Both the position numbers and the translations under genes were made by a program. Below are positions 59,077 through 64,000 of a stretch of DNA of 64,000 nt, piece after piece. Under the pieces are notes generated by a model. It saw only the letters and a list, made by a program, of their open reading frames with translations. It was not told where the DNA came from and did no database searches. Each line of letters starts with the position of its first letter. Position 1 is the first letter of the stretch. The stretch comes from Tannerella sp. GTDB lineage: Bacteria; Bacteroidota; Bacteroidia; Bacteroidales; Tannerellaceae. The stretch lies in NCBI GenBank assembly GCA_031285565.1, contig JAITVY010000048.1:2276-66275 (forward strand), written 5' to 3'.

Positions 59077-60801
59077 ATGAAACAATACTGGAGTATTTTA
59101 AAAAAATATAAGGCAAGCCTGCTAATCAGCCCGTTTTTAGTTCTTATATCAGTCTTATCTGAAACGATTCAGCCTTATTTTATGTCTCTTATTGTAGATG
59201 AGGGGGTCATTCCGAAAGATATGTCAGTCATTGGTAACATTGGAGTGATCATGATTGTTGTTTCAGTTGTCGGGTTGGTAATCAGTATCATCAATGTATA
59301 TGTTTCATCCAGGGCATCCATCGGTTTTGGAACGGACCTGCGTTCTTCACTTTTTGATAAAATACAGGCATTATCTTTTCCGGATATAGATCATTTTAGT
59401 CCGGCTTCGCTTATTACCCGTCTTACGAATGATATAACGAAGATACAACAGGTGATTCTTATGTCAATGCGCATTATGCTGCGTGCTCCTTTAATGCTGA
59501 TTATGGCATTGTTTTTTGTAATTAATATTAATTCAGAACTTGCACTCATCCTGGCAGTTTCTATTCCACTACTTGCTATCAGTGTTTTTATAATAATGAG
59601 AAAGGGTTTTCCTTTTTTTATTAAAGTACAGCAGAAGATTGATGCTTTAAACGGTGTTGTCAGGGAGAACCTGATTAATATACGTGTCGTAAAATCCTTT
59701 GTCAGGGAAGATTTTGAAACTAAAAAATTTATATACAGTAGTGAAGAACTGCGTGATATTGTTATTAAAGCATCAAATATTATTATCACTGTATTTCCCG
59801 TTATGCAACTGATATTAAATATGTCAATTCTAGCTATTTTGTGGTTTGGTGGAAATAAAGTTATCGATGGAAACCTGAAAGTCGGTGAGTTAATTTCTTT
59901 TGTAAACTATTTGATGCAGGTACTAATGTCTCTTATGATGCTTTCTATGGTATTTATGACGATCGCCCGGGCATCTGCATCTTCACAACGTATATTGGAA
60001 GTATTGAATGCGGAATCTTCACTTACGGATACGGAAAATGCTTTGCTGAATGAATATCATATCCGCCAGGAGGGAGTGGAGTTCAGGAAGGTTAGTTTCA
60101 GATATGCGAATGGAGAAACGGATGTGTTGAAAAATCTTAGTTTTCAGGTTCAGCCCGGTGAAACGATTGCTGTTGTAGGTGCAACGGGTTCTGCAAAAAG
60201 CTCGATGGTACAATTGATCCCCCGTTTATATGATGTGACGGGAGGTGAGATTTTAGTAGATGGAATCAACGTAAAAGACATCCGGTTACAGATTCTACAT
60301 CAGGAAGTAGGAATGGTACTACAAAAGAATGACCTGTTTACAGGGACGATTCTTGACAATTTAAAATGGGGAAAACCGGATGCAACAATGGAAGAAGTAA
60401 AAGATGCAGCCAGGGTAGCACAAGCCCATGATTTTATTGTTTCGTTTACGGATGGATATGATACGATGTTAGGACGTGGCGGGGTAAATGTTTCGGGTGG
60501 ACAGAAACAGCGTTTATGTATTGCACGCGCACTTCTTCGCAGACCTAAGATATTGATTCTTGATGATAGCACCAGCGCTGTTGATAGTGAGACGGAAATT
60601 AAAATACGAAACGGACTGAAAGAATTATTATCTGATACGACTGTTTTTATAATTACCCAGCGTATCAGTACAATGCAATCGTCAGACCGGGTGATAGTGT
60701 TGGAAGATGGAGAAATAGAGGCATTTGATACTCCGGACAAACTTATTAAAACATCGGAGGTTTATAAGGAAATTTATTATTCACAACAAATTGTTTTGTG
60801 A
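59077..60801 (+). CDS. Heterodimeric ABC exporter, subunit 1 (TMD plus degenerate NBD)
   Basis: SLITRLTND, GATGSAKS, VSGGQKQR, ILDDSTSAVD, ITQR. Start at 59077 or 59053. Confidence 0.93.
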   Translation: MKQYWSILKKYKASLLISPFLVLISVLSETIQPYFMSLIVDEGVIPKDMSVIGNIGVIMIVVSVVGLVISIINVYVSSRASIGFGTDLRSSLFDKIQALSFPDIDHFSPASLITRLTNDITKIQQVILMSMRIMLRAPLMLIMALFFVININSELALILAVSIPLLAISVFIIMRKGFPFFIKVQQKIDALNGVVRENLINIRVVKSFVREDFETKKFIYSSEELRDIVIKASNIIITVFPVMQLILNMSILAILWFGGNKVIDGNLKVGELISFVNYLMQVLMSLMMLSMVFMTIARASASSQRILEVLNAESSLTDTENALLNEYHIRQEGVEFRKVSFRYANGETDVLKNLSFQVQPGETIAVVGATGSAKSSMVQLIPRLYDVTGGEILVDGINVKDIRLQILHQEVGMVLQKNDLFTGTILDNLKWGKPDATMEEVKDAARVAQAHDFIVSFTDGYDTMLGRGGVNVSGGQKQRLCIARALLRRPKILILDDSTSAVDSETEIKIRNGLKELLSDTTVFIITQRISTMQSSDRVIVLEDGEIEAFDTPDKLIKTSEVYKEIYYSQQIVL

Positions 60802-62570
60802 TGGCTTCAGAGAAGCATGAGGGTATAGAGAATGTAAACCCTGGGCAAAGTATAAAAACATTGTTCAGGATATTAGCGTATTTAGGATATGATAAGAAGT
60901 TGCTTTATATCATAGCTTTATTAATTATCATTGGGATTATATGCAATTTGTTTGGCTCTTATATGCTCCGACCTATTATTAACGATTATATAATTCCCGG
61001 TAATATAGCAGGACTGATGCAAATGTTATTGATATTGGGAGCGATCTACCTTACAGGAGTTATTGCTGTATATATTCAATCCCGTATGCTTAATAAGATA
61101 GGGATGAGAACAGTTACCCGTATGCGGGTCGACCTTTTTACGAAAATGGAAAAGCTCCCCCTTAAGTATTTTGATACACACCGTCATGGGGATCTGATGA
61201 GTCGTTACACGAATGATATTGACCGGATAAGTGATGTATTGACTGATAGTCTCGCTGATATTCTTTCAAGTGCACTTACTCTCGTAGGAGTTTTGCTTAT
61301 GATGGCATATATCAGCCCTATACTGACATTAGTGGTTCTGGTGATGGTTCCGGTTATGCTTATAAGTACAAATTATATTGTCAAACGAAGCCGTAAATAT
61401 TTTGCCGAACAACAGGCTGCATTAGGGAATATGAACGGATATGTAGAGGAAATGATCAGTGGGCAGAAGGTCGTTAAGTTATTTGGACATGAAAAAGAAG
61501 TCGAAGCCGATTTTAACTCTTTAAATCAGGCTCTGAACAATAAATCGCAGAAAGCACAATTCTACTCCGGTATGATGATGCCGTTTATGCAAAACCTGAA
61601 TACGCTCAATTATGTATTGGTAACGATCATTGGTGCATTATTGGCTATTTTCAGGGGCTTTGATGTGGGTGGGCTGGCTGCATTTCTTCAATATTCACGT
61701 CAGTTCGGGCGTCCTATCAATGAGTTGGCAACACTTTATAATAATATTCAGGCGGCTATTGCTGGTGCAGAAAGGATATTCGAAATTATAGATGAAAGAC
61801 CCGAGTCTGATGATGAAATGCAAGCTGTTACTTTAGATAAAGTGAAAGGTGATGTAAATGTCGAAAATGTTTATTTTGGTTATAAACCGGAAAAGTTAAT
61901 TCTTAAGAATGTCTCTTTTCATGCATCACCCGGATGTAAAATAGCTCTTGTTGGTTCTACCGGAGCTGGAAAAACGACAATTATGAATTTGTTACCCCGC
62001 TTTTTTGATATATCATCAGGAAATATATCTATTGATGATCAATCAATTGGGGGCATCAAGCGTTCAAGTTTGCGAAGTGTTATGGCGATTGTTCTGCAGG
62101 AGACCCATTTGTTTACAGGTACAGTCCGCGAAAATATCCGTTTCGGGCGATTAAACGCTACGGACGATGAAGTTATTGCTGCTGCTAAATTAACTTCGGC
62201 TCATTCCTTTATACGTCGCCTGACGCATGGATATGATACTTTTTTAGAGAACGATGGTGCTAATTTGAGCCAGGGACAAAGACAGTTATTAAATATTGCA
62301 CGTGCGGCAATAGCTGATCCTTCTATTCTTTTGTTGGATGAAGCGACCAGTAATATAGACACCCGGAGTGAAATACTTATCCAAAGAGGTCTTGACCAGC
62401 TGATGCAAGGACGAACCAGCCTGATAATAGCCCATCGCTTGTCGACGATACGCAATGCACATTTGATTCTTGTTCTAGAGAAAGGAGAAATTATTGAACG
62501 CGGTACTCACACCGAACTTTTAGATCAGAAAGGGAGATATTATACCCTTTATAAGGAACAATTCGAATAA
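60798..62570 (+). CDS. Heterodimeric ABC exporter, subunit 2
   Basis: GDLMSRYTND, GSTGAGKT, LSQGQRQ, LLDEATSNID, IAHRLST. Confidence 0.94.
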   Translation: MMASEKHEGIENVNPGQSIKTLFRILAYLGYDKKLLYIIALLIIIGIICNLFGSYMLRPIINDYIIPGNIAGLMQMLLILGAIYLTGVIAVYIQSRMLNKIGMRTVTRMRVDLFTKMEKLPLKYFDTHRHGDLMSRYTNDIDRISDVLTDSLADILSSALTLVGVLLMMAYISPILTLVVLVMVPVMLISTNYIVKRSRKYFAEQQAALGNMNGYVEEMISGQKVVKLFGHEKEVEADFNSLNQALNNKSQKAQFYSGMMMPFMQNLNTLNYVLVTIIGALLAIFRGFDVGGLAAFLQYSRQFGRPINELATLYNNIQAAIAGAERIFEIIDERPESDDEMQAVTLDKVKGDVNVENVYFGYKPEKLILKNVSFHASPGCKIALVGSTGAGKTTIMNLLPRFFDISSGNISIDDQSIGGIKRSSLRSVMAIVLQETHLFTGTVRENIRFGRLNATDDEVIAAAKLTSAHSFIRRLTHGYDTFLENDGANLSQGQRQLLNIARAAIADPSILLLDEATSNIDTRSEILIQRGLDQLMQGRTSLIIAHRLSTIRNAHLILVLEKGEIIERGTHTELLDQKGRYYTLYKEQFE

Positions 62571-62668
62571 ATCTGTCCATTATTTATTTAAAATATTCAA
62601 ATTGATGAATGTTTAGTAAGTATTTATGCTTGTTTTGACAACTTTAACCTTTAGTTATTTGTTTTATT

Positions 62669-62753
62669 AGTGAAGCGGAAACGCTTTCATAGCATATTAT
62701 TAAGTCAATATCTTAGTTTGTTCGGGAAGGCTGTGAAGCCTTCCTGGACTTTC
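62669..62753 (+). ncRNA. Candidate sRNA B
   Basis: CAAC-N17-TGTT promoter (62639-62663), 5' hairpin GAAGCG-GAAA-CGCTTT, 3' hairpin GTTCGGGAAGGCT-GTGA-AGCCTTCCTGGAC. Confidence 0.6.
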
Positions 62754-62919
62754 TGGTAAAAAGAGGATAGATAATCTTATTTCATAACAGCAAAAAGCTA
62801 TTTTTTATTTGTTAAATTTCAGGTAAACACTATCTGCCTGAAAGAAGGATGCCGAAAAAACATATTAATTGATTTGTTTCTTTGCATTCTAAACTTTTTT
62901 GGATATCAATTGTTATTAT

Positions 62920-63049
62920 AGCAAAAGGTATTAGTCATTAAGGTACAATTTAGGTTAGTTAAGTTTATAGTAATGTAATCTATTTAGAAAATCGTGAGTA
63001 TTTAAGTGGTTATAAATAATCCTGGCTTGTGAAAGTCGGGATTTTTTTT
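62920..63049 (+). ncRNA. Candidate sRNA C
   Basis: AAAC-N16-TGTT promoter (62891-62914), AGGTATTAGT, TTAGGTTAGTTAAG tract, terminator AATCCTGGCTT-GTGA-AAGTCGGGATT with T's. Confidence 0.62.
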
Positions 63050-63195
63050 GAAATATCTATTTTTAACAGGAATAAGTTTGTCATGGTTTCACATTAATTT
63101 CAGAGCACGATAAATGAAGAACTTGTAGTTTTTTTTATTTGCTCTGAACAAAATTGATTTTTGATTGTTATAGTAAAACCCTTTATTTTAAGGTG

Positions 63196-63316
63196 AAAAA
63201 AATCCCGACCTTCACAGGCAGGGATAGATTTAATAATTTCAGAATTAATGATTGATGATAAACAAACTAACTAACTAACAAAATAAACTATAATACCTAT
63301 TAATCATTACTCGTTC
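63196..63316 (-). ncRNA. Candidate sRNA D
   Basis: Minus-strand GAAC-N16-TGTT promoter (63344-63321), ATAGGTATTA, (GTTA)3 tract, terminator ATCCCTGCCT-GTGA-AGGTCGGGAT with T's. Confidence 0.62.
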
Positions 63317-63732
63317 ATATAACAGTCTTACAAAAAAAAGGTTCATGTAAAAATAGGTTAAAAATATGTTTTTATTGTGTAAGACGAGCGGCCGCAGCCG
63401 TAAACATAGCTTATTTAGGCTGTTTTAGGTTGAATATAAATTAAAAAGACAATTGAAATTTGTGTGTCACAATTATAATTTTTTATCGCATATAGAGAAA
63501 TAATATTGAGTAAGGTTATTGTTTGCAGAATTAGCTAAAATTAAAATGAGAGGATTTTATGATATAGTTGTGGTTCGGGTAAAAGAAAAGTGATATTTTG
63601 AATATAAGAAAAAAGAATGTTCATTTAGAATAAGGCAATAAAATATATAGCTGAATAAAGACTTCTTGCTAGGGGAAAGCAAGCGCATTCAAAAGCGGGG
63701 CTTTTGTTTTGGGACTTTTTTCTATAACAACT

Positions 63733-63867
63733 TCATTCATCATCATCTTGTTTTTTCCTTTTTTGGATTAATAACACGGCTTTGCATATGGAATAAACTG
63801 TAATTATAAATAGCAGCATACCAATGAAGCCTGCATTAATACTCATAATAAAATCCATACTGTCCAT
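63733..63867 (-). CDS. Small single-TM protein (44 aa)
   Basis: Manual translation MDSMDFIMSINAGFIGMLLFIITVYSICKAVLLIQKRKKQDDDE*; upstream -7 box TATATTTG (63927-63934, minus strand). Confidence 0.55.
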   Translation of the reverse strand: MDSMDFIMSINAGFIGMLLFIITVYSICKAVLLIQKRKKQDDDE

Positions 63868-64000
63868 TTTACACTCATAATTAATTTATTATTACTAAAT
63901 TTAGACAAGGCAAATCTTGCCTTATACAAATATAATACACACAATAAAATAATTTTTATTATTAAAATCTATGGGTATATAGGAAGAATTTATTAGTGTA

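Noticed and set aside
62571-64000. CRISPR array, tRNA or replication origin in the AT-rich right end
   Set aside because: No regularly spaced repeats, cloverleaf or DnaA-box cluster is visible.

Overview
AT-rich chromosomal window from a Bacteroidales bacterium. TAnnTTTG promoters, a SusC/SusD pair, GldH, PSP1 and serine palmitoyltransferase point to this order; a Parabacteroides/Tannerellaceae-like placement is inference. Left to right: kdpFABC-kdpD (kdpD cut by the window edge; kdpF and kdpD are missing from the ORF track), a DUF2092/DUF6515 pair, ogt, a thioredoxin-like protein, mutS2, grpE-dnaJ, purH-mreBCD-mrdA-rodA, spt-PSP1-gldH, a tRNA methyltransferase, lon, a dnaX split at an A10 run, pepD, pgm, a compact fructan PUL (HTCS, SusC, SusD, GH32, fructokinase, MFS), an ABC permease with a sigma54-type promoter, lemA-TPM, BON-LysM and a heterodimeric ABC exporter. 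The most unusual signals are non-coding. (1) Two copies of a structured element sit exactly at gene starts and are bounded by a duplicated ATGAAA (before susD and before the BON gene). (2) Four candidate paralogous sRNAs each have an AAC-N16/17-TGTT ECF-type promoter and a GUGA-tetraloop terminator; the same promoter precedes three envelope operons. (3) Full-length DnaX requires recoding. (4) Several REP/MITE-like palindromic elements are present. No rRNA, tRNA, CRISPR array or transposase was seen. All calls come from reading the sequence; no database searches were run.
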